A stretch of DNA of 64,000 nucleotides. It comes from an uncultured SAR86 cluster bacterium. Lineage in GTDB: Bacteria; Pseudomonadota; Gammaproteobacteria; Magnimaribacterales; AG-339-G14. Where the stretch lies: positions 22,294 through 86,293 of the forward strand of contig CACOQX010000002.1 in assembly GCA_902629465.1 (NCBI GenBank). The letters run 5' to 3'. The notes beneath the pieces are model-generated. The model saw only the letters and a program-made list of their open reading frames with translations. It was not told the origin of the DNA and made no database searches. This document shows, piece after piece, positions 54,987 to 64,000 of this stretch; position 1 is the first letter of the stretch; the number at the start of each line of letters is the position of its first letter. The position numbers were made by a program, and so were the translations under genes.

Positions 54987-56239
54987 GAAGAAATTTTAAT
55001 ATCTACAAATGCCTCTGATCTAATTTCTTCAAGAGTATTTTCTAGCTGTTCTCTATATTTTCTTTGAAAGAGAATACCGTAGGCTTTATCTTTTAAGAGG
55101 TCATCAGATATATTTTTTTCTCGTCTATCTAAAACTTTTAAAATGTGCCATCCAAAAGCACTTTTGAAAGGTTTACTAAATTCATTTTTACCCGTTTTTG
55201 ACATTACTTCTTCAAACTTTTTGTCATATTTACCTTTAGGAGCCCAGTCAAGTTTTCCACCATCAAGTTTTGAGCCAGGATCGTCAGAATAAACTCTGGC
55301 CAAGATATCAAGTTCTTCGCCATTAGATAATCTTTCGTAAAGTTTATTTATAAGATCTTCTGCTTGTTTCTCGCTTCTAATTTCTGATTCCTCTATGAGT
55401 ACATGTTGAACAAGTGTTTGGGATTCGGTTTGTATGGTTTCTCCTCTTATATCTTCAAGCTGGATAATGTGCGTTCCAGCTCCACTCTTTATTGGACCAT
55501 GAATATCTTTTTTTTCCATTTTGTTTAAATGCTCAACAAATAATGAAGGAATTTCAGACCTTGTACGCCATCCCAAATTACCATTATTTTCTGATTCAAA
55601 AAGAGCAGAATACTTTTTTGAGGCTTCAAAGAATGAAAGCCCATTATTCATTTCTTCAATAATATTCTTAGCCTTATTTACATTTTCTTCATTATTATCA
55701 TCTTTGATCAAAATCTGATTAATTTTGTATTCAATTGCGATTAAGCTTTGTCCTTCAGTAGAATTTATGTAATTCATCAGCTCCTGATCTGAAATAATTA
55801 TTTTAGGACGAACCAATCCTCCTTGGACTCTTCTAAGAATTAACTCTGTTTTTACAGCCTCTCTAAAGTTTTTGAATTGTTTGCCCTCACTTTCTATTTT
55901 CTTTCGAAAATCTTGAAGCGATAAACCATCTTGCTCAGCAAATCTACTTAACGATTCATTTAATTCTTGATCACTAATTCTGACTCCAAACTTCTTTGCT
56001 TTTTGCAACAGAATTTCATCCATGATTAATTTTTCAATCACTCTGGAAAAAATAATTTCTCTTGGAGGCAGTCTTTCTCCACTCTCTTCAAAATTAGTTA
56101 TAGTATTTTCTAATGCCTCATTTAATTCTGATTCCATAATTATTCCGTCATCCACAATTATTGCTATGCGATCAATAAAATTAATTTCCGTTTGTAAAAA
56201 TAACGAATAAAAGCAAAATGCTAAAAAATAATATTTCAT
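54983..56239 (-). CDS. surA: Periplasmic chaperone / peptidyl-prolyl isomerase SurA
   Basis: Signal peptide, DRIAIIVDDGIIMESEL N-domain, and two parvulin-like segments (..GWHILKV). Lies between lptD and pdxA. Confidence 0.9.
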   Translation of the reverse strand: MKYYFLAFCFYSLFLQTEINFIDRIAIIVDDGIIMESELNEALENTITNFEESGERLPPREIIFSRVIEKLIMDEILLQKAKKFGVRISDQELNESLSRFAEQDGLSLQDFRKKIESEGKQFKNFREAVKTELILRRVQGGLVRPKIIISDQELMNYINSTEGQSLIAIEYKINQILIKDDNNEENVNKAKNIIEEMNNGLSFFEASKKYSALFESENNGNLGWRTRSEIPSLFVEHLNKMEKKDIHGPIKSGAGTHIIQLEDIRGETIQTESQTLVQHVLIEESEIRSEKQAEDLINKLYERLSNGEELDILARVYSDDPGSKLDGGKLDWAPKGKYDKKFEEVMSKTGKNEFSKPFKSAFGWHILKVLDRREKNISDDLLKDKAYGILFQRKYREQLENTLEEIRSEAFVDIKISS

Positions 56240-58284
56240 AAACTTCTTCTTCTTAAATAATTTTCTTTTGGTCTTCCTATCGAACCAAGACCTTTGAGTT
56301 CAAAAAATAATCTTATCCTATCTTTATGATAATCTTTAAAAGAATCGTTTTCCAAGATACTTACCCAATCAAGTTCTAAAGTTTTCATATAAGCAAAACC
56401 CACTATTAGACCATCGTTCTCATAATCTATAGAAAATACATTTGAAACATTTTTTTCTTGCTCAACATCATGAATAAATTTAAACCCGCCACTCCAATTT
56501 TCAAAGAAATTCAAAGCTGCAGTAAATTCTAGAGAATTTATTTCCTTTTTATAAAGTGAAGTTTCGGCTAAATCATAAATTTGTATGTTTTTTATGAGGT
56601 TATGTCTTAGAGAAAGTCTGTAACCTGTTGAGTCAAAACTAAAGGTATTTTTGTATGAGCTAAAGTTATTATCATTATCAATAGATATTTTAGATAGAAA
56701 ATGCAGTCTTTTATTAACTCTATAATCAACTTTCAGAGAGAATGGATCTGGAAAATCTATTTTTAAATTTTCATAAAATAGTTTCTTTGTTCCTATCGTA
56801 TAAAGCTTTGAAAGTTTAATATTCAATTTACTTTTTTCAGAGCCAAAAAGAGAAAATTTAGCTCCTACATCTATATCTTTTTGATAGCTTAAGAACAAAT
56901 CTCCAAAAGTTTGGCTTTCGTTTATGGAAGATAGCTTTAAACCAGAATCAACCTTTACTTTGTTAACAATTTTTTTTTGATCCGATACTGCTAAGTTTAA
57001 AAAAGGCTCTACGAAAAATTTTGAGCTTTCAGTTTTTTTGTAAAACTTTAGTGATTGTTCCAAATTTAGAATAGGAAGAAATCTACTTAAACTTTGAGTA
57101 TCGAAATCTTGATAGGAATAATTAAAAGAAAGATTAGTTTTTAAGAAATAATTATTTTTAGCAAAAGCATGAGAAATTTCTGGTTTTAAGTTGATTCTCA
57201 AAAGATTTTGTTTGTCGTCATTCCTAAAGGCACCACCTTTATTAAAATAGGCAAAATCCATATCAATGTGAAAATTTAAATTATCTTTGTTTACAAAATA
57301 ATTGAACTGTAACCCAGGCAGTCTTTGAAATTGATTTTTTGCAAGAGGATTAGTAAGTTTGAAAGAGTTTAAATCTGTTTTTATCTTTAGATTCCTGCTA
57401 AAAAACTCTAAATTGATTTTTTGAGGCAAAATGTAAGTTCTTGATAAACCGCTAAGAAAACTTCCTAAATCTGATAAATAAAAAGGGTCTCCTGAAGAAG
57501 AAATATCGAAATTTAAAAATATTGAATTTTTAAATTTTTGCTCATGAAAAAAATTATACGACCACCTCAAATCATCGGTTTCAAGAATTTTGAATGACGA
57601 TTCATCATCTTTTAAAAAAGAAGAGTTGAAATATCCTTCATAACTTTTGCCCAAGTATCTTAGTTGGTTTGTTAGTCCATAACCTCTTTGAGTCATCAAT
57701 CTGGGCTCAAGAGTGAGATCAAGATTTTCTTTAAGATTAAGATAAACCGGAATTTTTACGTCAAGACCCGATCTTTCATTAATAGAGATTTCTGGAAGAA
57801 GTATTCCGCTTTTTCTTTTCGCGCTTACGGGAAAATTTGCACTATTCAAATACGCTAGAGTCCGACCTTGAACTTTAAGCTTGCTCTTTTTTGCTGAAAG
57901 AGTTTCATTACTTTTTAAGAATTTTAATTCTTTCGACTCAACCCACCAAATTTTATCTTCACAAGGACAGCTTGAAAATTCAACATCCTTCATAATCGTT
58001 TCATTTTCAGAAATGCTTACAAACTTAGTTTGCCCGTAAAGAAAGTCATCTAGGGAAGAAAAACTAATCTTTTCGCTGGAAAACACTTTATTTTTGTTAT
58101 CTAAAGTTACTTGGTCTGCTTTAAATAGAAGATTTTCTACTTTTAGAGATACATTACCCTCTAATAATAAAAGTTCATTTTTAGTATCAAATAAAGTTTT
58201 ATCAGCCTCAAATTCAATATCAGAAGGAAAAATGCTTCCAAAATAAAAAGCAGTGAAAAAAAGAAAATTAAATATCTTACTCAA
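56236..58284 (-). CDS. lptD: LPS-assembly outer membrane protein LptD
   Basis: 682 aa, signal peptide, N-terminal OstA-like beta-jellyroll (ADKTLFDTKNELLLLEGNVSL), then long beta-barrel. Position upstream of surA. Confidence 0.88.
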   Translation of the reverse strand: MSKIFNFLFFTAFYFGSIFPSDIEFEADKTLFDTKNELLLLEGNVSLKVENLLFKADQVTLDNKNKVFSSEKISFSSLDDFLYGQTKFVSISENETIMKDVEFSSCPCEDKIWWVESKELKFLKSNETLSAKKSKLKVQGRTLAYLNSANFPVSAKRKSGILLPEISINERSGLDVKIPVYLNLKENLDLTLEPRLMTQRGYGLTNQLRYLGKSYEGYFNSSFLKDDESSFKILETDDLRWSYNFFHEQKFKNSIFLNFDISSSGDPFYLSDLGSFLSGLSRTYILPQKINLEFFSRNLKIKTDLNSFKLTNPLAKNQFQRLPGLQFNYFVNKDNLNFHIDMDFAYFNKGGAFRNDDKQNLLRINLKPEISHAFAKNNYFLKTNLSFNYSYQDFDTQSLSRFLPILNLEQSLKFYKKTESSKFFVEPFLNLAVSDQKKIVNKVKVDSGLKLSSINESQTFGDLFLSYQKDIDVGAKFSLFGSEKSKLNIKLSKLYTIGTKKLFYENLKIDFPDPFSLKVDYRVNKRLHFLSKISIDNDNNFSSYKNTFSFDSTGYRLSLRHNLIKNIQIYDLAETSLYKKEINSLEFTAALNFFENWSGGFKFIHDVEQEKNVSNVFSIDYENDGLIVGFAYMKTLELDWVSILENDSFKDYHKDRIRLFFELKGLGSIGRPKENYLRRRSL

Positions 58285-58326
58285 GAATGCTATTTTACCT
58301 TTAAAAGTATTTAATATTAGAGATAT

Positions 58327-58344
58327 ACAGAATTTTAATTCTGT
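58327..58344. promoter_or_regulatory. Inverted repeat ACAGAATT-TT-AATTCTGT in the lptD / SDR divergent intergenic region
   Basis: Perfect 8-bp arms with a 2-nt spacer, read directly; 31 nt upstream of the SDR ATG (58375). Operator candidate; function unknown. Confidence 0.3.
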
Positions 58345-58374
58345 TTAAAATAATTATTTTTAATAGGAATTTTT

Positions 58375-59235
58375 ATGAGCAAATTAACAAACAAAACTTT
58401 ATTCGTTTCAGGCGCATCAAGAGGCATTGGACTAGCAATTGCTAAAAAAGCAGCTCAAGATGGAGCTAATGTAATTTTAGCTGCTAAAACAGCTGAACCG
58501 CACCCAAAGCTTCCAGGAACAATTTACACAGCTGCTGAAGAAATTGAAGAAGCCGGAGGTAAGGCTTTTCCTGTTTTATGTGATGTCAGATTCGAAGACC
58601 AATTGGAAGAAGCAGTAAATAAGGGAGCTGATCATTTTGGAGGCATCGATATATGTGTGAATAATGCTAGTGCTATTCAATTGACTAATACTCTCCAAAC
58701 CGACATGAAAAGATATGATTTGATGAACCAAATAAACGCAAGGGGAACTTTTTTAACTTCAAAGAAGTGTCTACCTTTTTTGCTTAAAGCTGAAAACCCA
58801 CACATTTTGAATTTGTCTCCTCCTTTGGATATGAATCCTAAATGGTTTGCAAATAGTGTTGCTTACTCGATTGCTAAATTTGGAATGAGTCTTTGTGTAT
58901 TGGGAATGGCTGAGGAATTTAAAGAACAAGGTGTTGCAGTAAATGCTTTATGGCCTAGGACTGCTATTGCAACAGCAGCGGTAAAAAATATTCTTGGTGG
59001 AGATGAAACTGTAAAAGTTTCTAGAACTCCTGAAATCATGGCTGACGCAGCCTATGTAATTCTTACAAAAGACTCAAAAGAGTTTACCGGTAACTTTTGT
59101 ATTGATGATAATTTGCTAGCTGATAATGGAGTGAAAGATTTTTCAAAATATGCCGAAGTACCTTTTGCTCAGTTAGCACCAGACTTTTTTGTCCCAGATG
59201 ATATTCCTCCCCCCCAAGCAGCGATAGACTCCTAA
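58375..59235 (+). CDS. SDR family oxidoreductase (HSDL2-like)
   Basis: FVSGASRGIGLAIAKKAAQDGANV, NNASA and YSIAK. Confidence 0.82.
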   Translation: MSKLTNKTLFVSGASRGIGLAIAKKAAQDGANVILAAKTAEPHPKLPGTIYTAAEEIEEAGGKAFPVLCDVRFEDQLEEAVNKGADHFGGIDICVNNASAIQLTNTLQTDMKRYDLMNQINARGTFLTSKKCLPFLLKAENPHILNLSPPLDMNPKWFANSVAYSIAKFGMSLCVLGMAEEFKEQGVAVNALWPRTAIATAAVKNILGGDETVKVSRTPEIMADAAYVILTKDSKEFTGNFCIDDNLLADNGVKDFSKYAEVPFAQLAPDFFVPDDIPPPQAAIDS

Positions 59236-59239
59236 AATT

Positions 59240-60259
59240 TTGATTCAGCCAGTCGATATTTCCGCTGAATCCTTAAAGTGGATATCAAAGAGCATTGGTG
59301 TATCAAATGAAGATATTCTATCTAAAGGTCAAAAACTTCGAATAGAGTCAAGTCAAAGGACATTTTTTCGAATTCCTTTCAAAGATAAAAGCTCAATACT
59401 CATGGTGGTCCCTGAAGGAATAGATGAAAGTATTGAGTCTTTTTACACAAAAGCAAAAATTTTTAAAAGGGCAAATGTAAATGTCCCAGCTATTTATTTT
59501 AAAAATGACTCACTCGGTAATTTGATCGTTGAAGATTTTGGTGATGACGTTTTGCAATTTTATTTGAATGAGAAAAATTCAAATAAATTAATCAAATTAG
59601 CTATAGAACAGATTCATAAAATTGAAGTAACAGAATTAGACGAAAGCATATTTTCTGACTTTGAAAAAGTTACTGAAAATAATTTACACCTATTTAAAAA
59701 ATTCTTTTTAGAAGAATTTTTGGAAGTTCCTGAACTTGACAACTTAAAAGAAGAAATTGATGAATTTTATTCGATAATTATCTCTGAGCTCAAAGATCAC
59801 CCAAAAGTCATAAATCATTATGACTTTGAATCGAGAAATTTAATTTCATTGTCAGAAAAAAAAATTGGTGTAATTGATTTTCAAGATGCTTTGATAGGCC
59901 CTTTGGGTATAGATTTAGCTTCCATATTTAAAGATCTTTATAAAGAATGGACTAAAGAAGAAATAGCTAACTGGCTTGATTTTTATGTTGAAAACTCTCA
60001 AATCGTCAAAAGTTCCTCAATTAAAACTCTAGAAGTTAAAAGAATGATTGATATTGCAAGCCTTCAAAGACAGATAAGGATATTAGGTAAATTATCTCAA
60101 GTATTTTTGGAATTAAAGAGATCAGATAGATTAAAAGATTTTAAAACTATTCTTAAATATCTAATGACTACTTCTTTAGAATATGGCGAAACAAAAAGAT
60201 ATAGTGATTTTTTTAAAAATTTAATGCCGATCTTAGATCAAAGGTTAAAAACACTATGA
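59240..60259 (+). CDS. amgK: N-acetylmuramate/N-acetylglucosamine anomeric kinase (APH fold)
   Basis: 339 aa; Brenner-type HYDFESRNL and VIDFQDA. Divergent from lptD and followed by murU, the arrangement described for Pseudomonas AmgK-MurU. TTG start. Confidence 0.75.
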   Translation: MIQPVDISAESLKWISKSIGVSNEDILSKGQKLRIESSQRTFFRIPFKDKSSILMVVPEGIDESIESFYTKAKIFKRANVNVPAIYFKNDSLGNLIVEDFGDDVLQFYLNEKNSNKLIKLAIEQIHKIEVTELDESIFSDFEKVTENNLHLFKKFFLEEFLEVPELDNLKEEIDEFYSIIISELKDHPKVINHYDFESRNLISLSEKKIGVIDFQDALIGPLGIDLASIFKDLYKEWTKEEIANWLDFYVENSQIVKSSSIKTLEVKRMIDIASLQRQIRILGKLSQVFLELKRSDRLKDFKTILKYLMTTSLEYGETKRYSDFFKNLMPILDQRLKTL

Positions 60260-60915
60260 AAGTATTTATTCTGGCAGCTGGTTTTGGAAAAAGGCTAAGA
60301 CCTTTTACAAATAACTTACCTAAACCATTAATAAAGATTAAAAAAAAGCCTCTTATTTATTGGAATCTTATAAATATCAAAAAGGCAGGCTTCAAAGATA
60401 TAGTCATAAACACTCACTATTTATCAAATAAAATTATTAGATCGGTGGGTTCAGGGAAAAAATACGGTTTAAAAATCAAGTATTCTCATGAGGAAGAAAT
60501 TAAAGGTACTGGCGGGGCTTTAGTAACAGCCAGAAGATTCATTCAAAAAGAACCCTTTTTATTAATCAGCGGAGACCTTTGGAGTGATTACCCTTTTGAA
60601 AAATTTTTAGACTTTAAATTGAAAAAAGCAGCTCATTTAATTTTCGTTAAAGAAAAAAAATCAAAAGATGCATATCTTGAAGCTGGCATTGTAAAAAATT
60701 CAAAAATAAAAAATAATTTAACTTATGCAGGCATTGCTGTCATAAATCCAAAAATTTTTAACGGTTTAAAAGAGGATTATTATGATTTGTGGGCAGATTT
60801 ACTTCAAAAGTATGTAAAGCAAAATGAAGTTACAGGAGAGATTTATTCGGGCGATTTAGTAAATTTAAACTCAAAAAAAGAGTTGAACTTGTTAGACGGG
60901 TTAGTAGTCGAATAG
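60256..60915 (+). CDS. murU: N-acetylmuramate alpha-1-phosphate uridylyltransferase
   Basis: [25 protein letters not shown] nucleotidyltransferase signature. 4-nt overlap with amgK. Confidence 0.78.
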   Translation: MKVFILAAGFGKRLRPFTNNLPKPLIKIKKKPLIYWNLINIKKAGFKDIVINTHYLSNKIIRSVGSGKKYGLKIKYSHEEEIKGTGGALVTARRFIQKEPFLLISGDLWSDYPFEKFLDFKLKKAAHLIFVKEKKSKDAYLEAGIVKNSKIKNNLTYAGIAVINPKIFNGLKEDYYDLWADLLQKYVKQNEVTGEIYSGDLVNLNSKKELNLLDGLVVE

Positions 60916-60928
60916 TAAACTTCTGTTT

Positions 60929-61597
60929 ATGGCCAAACAAAAGAATGTAATAGCTCCATCAATTTTATCTGCAGATTTTTCCCAGCTTGGGAAAGAGGTT
61001 GATGCTGTATTGTCGGCTGGTGCTGATTGGGTTCACTTTGATGTAATGGATAATCACTACGTGCCCAATCTTACAATTGGCCCTATGGTATGTAAGTCCT
61101 TAATTGATTATGGAATAGAAGCTCCAATCGATGTGCATTTGATGGTTAAGCCAGTGGAAAGACTGATTGATGATTTTGCCGAAGCAGGCGCGTCTGTTAT
61201 AAGTTTTCATCCGGAAGCGACTGAACATATTCACAAATGTGTTCAAACTATAAAAAATTATGATTTAAAAGCTGGCATGGTTCTTAATCCAGCTACACCT
61301 TTAAGTACAATAAATTCTATCCTGCCTGAACTAGATTTGGTTTTACTTATGAGCGTAAATCCCGGTTTTGGAGGACAACAGTTTATAGATTCAACAATAC
61401 CTAAAATTAAAAAGCTAAGAAAGAGGATAGATTCATTGGACAAAGAAATTAGGTTAGAAGTAGATGGAGGAATTTCAAAAGAAAATATTTTGGAGGTTTC
61501 CAAGGCAGGCGCCGATACTTTTGTTGCAGGCTCTGCTATTTTTAATACAAAAGATTACAAAGACACAATCTCAAATTTAAAATCTTTAATTGATTAA
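60929..61597 (+). CDS. rpe: Ribulose-phosphate 3-epimerase
   Basis: [32 protein letters not shown] and VDGGI. Confidence 0.95.
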   Translation: MAKQKNVIAPSILSADFSQLGKEVDAVLSAGADWVHFDVMDNHYVPNLTIGPMVCKSLIDYGIEAPIDVHLMVKPVERLIDDFAEAGASVISFHPEATEHIHKCVQTIKNYDLKAGMVLNPATPLSTINSILPELDLVLLMSVNPGFGGQQFIDSTIPKIKKLRKRIDSLDKEIRLEVDGGISKENILEVSKAGADTFVAGSAIFNTKDYKDTISNLKSLID

Positions 61598-61997
61598 ATT
61601 ACTTTTTCTCCTTTTACTGGCACCAGTTTTAACTAGTTCTGATAAACAATGCAGTTCAATTTCTATTGAGAAAGCAAATTTATGCGTAGAATTGGCAATT
61701 TCTCAAAGAGAAAAATCAAGAGGTCTCATGTTTAGAAAGGATTTATCAAATTCAGATGGAATGTTGTTCATATGGAAAAATGAAGGCAGGAGATGTATGT
61801 GGATGAAAAATACTTATATTCCTTTAGACCTTGGCTTTTTTAGGGAAGATATGACTTTGATTGAAGTGAAGAATTTGTTTCCTAGATCACTTGATTCTGT
61901 ATGCTCATCCGAACCTGCTAAATATGCTTTGGAACTCTCTAAAGACTGGTTTTCATCACATAATATTAAGAATAATTCAAAACTGATCCTAAATTAA
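61590..61997 (+). CDS. DUF192 domain protein (exported)
   Basis: 135 aa; signal peptide [17 protein letters not shown], then [16 protein letters not shown]......[11 protein letters not shown] typical of DUF192. TTG start overlapping the rpe stop. Confidence 0.75.
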   Translation: MIKLLFLLLLAPVLTSSDKQCSSISIEKANLCVELAISQREKSRGLMFRKDLSNSDGMLFIWKNEGRRCMWMKNTYIPLDLGFFREDMTLIEVKNLFPRSLDSVCSSEPAKYALELSKDWFSSHNIKNNSKLILN

Positions 61998-63449
61998 ATG
62001 AGAGAAAAGGAATTTTATAGTCAAAAAGGTACATATAATCGTGTACCTTTATCAAAGAAAATAAAGGCTGAAAAGCTTATACCAATTGATATTTTTGAAA
62101 AATTTAAGTCAAAAGGCTCTTATTTTTTAGAATCTGCAGAAGTTGACATGAAATGGGGTAGATATTCGATCATTGGATTACCATCTGAATCTTCAATTAA
62201 AGTTAAGAATTCTGAAATTTTTCTAAATTTAAAGGGTATTGAAGAAAAAATTTTTTCATCTGATCCATTAAAATTTATTGAAAATTATTTAAAAGAAAAT
62301 TTTTATCCTGACACAGGTGATTTACCAATTTTTTCCGGAGGATTAGTTGGTTTTTTTGGCTACGAATCCATTAGGTTAATTGAAAATAAACTTCAAAGTA
62401 CTTCAAAAAATCCAGCTCATGAAATAGAAGATATAAATTTACTTATATCTGACAAAGTGATGATTTTTGATAACCTAGAAAAAACTTTAGAAATTGTTTT
62501 TTATTCAGATCCAAATATTGAAAATTCATACTCAGAAACATTTAGCGAGATTGATGAGTTGATAGAAAGACTAGAATCTCAAGATGATAGTAAAACTGAA
62601 GAAGTTACATCCAGAAATGAAATAACTTTTAAATCAAATATGAATTTCGAACAATATACAAAGTGCATCCAAAAAATAAAGAATTATATAATTGAGGGAG
62701 ACGTAATGCAGGTTGTTTTTGCTCAAGAAAGGTCAGCAGATTTTGATCTTCCTCCTTTTGAGCTTTATAAATCCCTTAGAAAATTAAATCCTTCTCCTTA
62801 CATGTTTTTCTTGGACTTTGGAGATTACCAATTAGTTGGATCATCTCCAGAAATTTTAGTAAGACTTGAGCACGGCAATATAACCGTCAGACCAATTGCT
62901 GGAACCAAACCTAGAGGCAAAAATGAAAAAGAAGACCAACAACTTGAGGACGAACTTAAAAATGATCCAAAAGAATTGGCAGAACATTTAATGCTTATAG
63001 ATTTAGGTCGCAACGATATCGGAAGAGTTGCTGAAATTGGGTCAGTAAATACTAATGAAAAAATGATTATAGAAAGATACTCTCATGTAATGCACTTGGT
63101 CTCCAATGTAGTGGGAAAAGTTAGAGACAATATTTCTCCGATAGATGCACTAAGAGCAACTTTTCCGGCAGGAACTCTTACAGGCGCTCCCAAAGTTAGG
63201 GCTATGGAAATTATTGATGAACTAGAAGTTTCAAGAAGAAGAATATATGGCGGTGCAGTAGGGTACATATCTTGGTCAGGAAACATGGATACTGCAATTG
63301 TCATCAGAAGTGCCGTCATCAAAGATAAAAAAATATATGTTGGAGCTGGTGGAGGCATAGTTGCCGATTCTGTTGCAAAGCATGAATGGGAAGAAGTAAA
63401 GAATAAAACAATGGCAATAGTCAAAGCAATTAACAGTATAGGTTCTTGA
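61998..63449 (+). CDS. trpE: Anthranilate synthase component I
   Basis: 483 aa; LESAE.., PSPYMFFLDFGD, GTLTGAPKVRAMEIIDELE and GAGGGIVADS. Confidence 0.95.
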   Translation: MREKEFYSQKGTYNRVPLSKKIKAEKLIPIDIFEKFKSKGSYFLESAEVDMKWGRYSIIGLPSESSIKVKNSEIFLNLKGIEEKIFSSDPLKFIENYLKENFYPDTGDLPIFSGGLVGFFGYESIRLIENKLQSTSKNPAHEIEDINLLISDKVMIFDNLEKTLEIVFYSDPNIENSYSETFSEIDELIERLESQDDSKTEEVTSRNEITFKSNMNFEQYTKCIQKIKNYIIEGDVMQVVFAQERSADFDLPPFELYKSLRKLNPSPYMFFLDFGDYQLVGSSPEILVRLEHGNITVRPIAGTKPRGKNEKEDQQLEDELKNDPKELAEHLMLIDLGRNDIGRVAEIGSVNTNEKMIIERYSHVMHLVSNVVGKVRDNISPIDALRATFPAGTLTGAPKVRAMEIIDELEVSRRRIYGGAVGYISWSGNMDTAIVIRSAVIKDKKIYVGAGGGIVADSVAKHEWEEVKNKTMAIVKAINSIGS

Positions 63450-64000
63450 ATGTTATTGATGATCGATAATTACGATTCTTTTACTTATAACCTTGTTCAA
63501 TACTTTGGAGAGTTAGGCCAGGAGGTTATAACTTTCAGAAACGACCAAATAACGATAGAAGAAATAAGGAAATTAGACCCTAAATATATTGTAATATCTC
63601 CAGGACCTTGCACCCCAAAAGAGTCTGGGATATCAATGCAAGTTATTGATTATTTTAAGGAAAATAAGCCTATTTTAGGTGTGTGTTTGGGACATCAAGC
63701 CATTGGCGCAGTCTTTGGTGCAAATATCATAAAAGCTAAAGAACTTATGCATGGCAAAACCTCTGAAATACAGCACGATGGCAATTTCTTATTTGAAGGC
63801 ATGCCTGATAATTTCACTGCAACCAGATATCACTCTTTAGTCATTGAGGAAAAAACCCTTTCAGAAGATTTTATTATTAACGCGAGAACTGTTGATGGTT
63901 CTATCATGGGAATTCAACATTGCAAATTGAATGTTAGTGGGGTTCAGTTTCATCCAGAATCAATTATGACCGAAGATGGTAAAAAACTTCTTTCTAATTT
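63450..64000 (+). CDS. trpG: Anthranilate synthase component II / glutamine amidotransferase (5' part; runs off the window end)
   Basis: Own translation from ATG 63450: MLLMIDNYDSFTYNLVQYFGELG..ISPGPCTP..ILGVCLGHQAIG..RYHSLV..VQFHPESI. Absent from the ORF track because there is no stop in the window. Confidence 0.93.
   Translation, partial: MLLMIDNYDSFTYNLVQYFGELGQEVITFRNDQITIEEIRKLDPKYIVISPGPCTPKESGISMQVIDYFKENKPILGVCLGHQAIGAVFGANIIKAKELMHGKTSEIQHDGNFLFEGMPDNFTATRYHSLVIEEKTLSEDFIINARTVDGSIMGIQHCKLNVSGVQFHPESIMTEDGKKLLSN

Noticed and set aside
1-64000. Scan for CRISPR arrays, IS elements, integrases, toxin-antitoxin pairs, restriction-modification or other defence systems, prophage genes and rRNA.
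   Set aside because: Every ORF over 60 aa that is not an antisense shadow has a metabolic, housekeeping or membrane assignment. I saw no spaced direct-repeat arrays or terminal inverted repeats. Detection by eye is limited, so short or degenerate elements could be missed.

Overview
AT-rich, very gene-dense chromosomal segment. Intergenic DNA is minimal, and many stop/start and convergent stop/stop overlaps occur. The gene order is typical of Gammaproteobacteria: lgt-thyA; gmk-rpoZ-spoT-ridA-recG; rpsU / tsaD-folB-folK; lptD-surA-pdxA-rsmA-apaH with divergent amgK-murU; hisBHAF; trpEG. It looks like a streamlined marine planktonic gammaproteobacterium, but I cannot assign a taxon from the sequence alone. 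I support about 74 CDS (two run off the window ends), one tRNA-Phe, one clear intrinsic terminator and a few candidate regulatory sites. I saw no rRNA, CRISPR array, transposase, integrase, phage gene or recognisable defence system. Most of the window is housekeeping. The accessory-looking part is 6.5-21.8 kb, a block of redox, lipid and membrane genes ending at tRNA-Phe. Its centre is a TonB-dependent receptor facing a DUF3604 (PHP-like, exported) plus orphan cytochrome P450 pair, and this is my best candidate for an undescribed uptake/processing system. A perfect NtrC-box-like palindrome (GCACTA-TTT-TAGTGC) sits in the receptor promoter, and the same sequence recurs upstream of a glnII-ntrB-ntrC operon. 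In that operon a eukaryote-type (type II) glutamine synthetase occupies the position held by type I glnA in the classical glnA-ntrBC operon. Other points are a ZapE gene whose conserved N-terminus has no canonical start codon, a membrane pyrophosphatase with Na+-pump-type signatures, and a four-gene lipid module (MFS, split MaoC hydratase, APH-type kinase). All calls rest on reading the ORF translations and the DNA by eye. No searches or computations were run, and start codons are often uncertain by a few codons.
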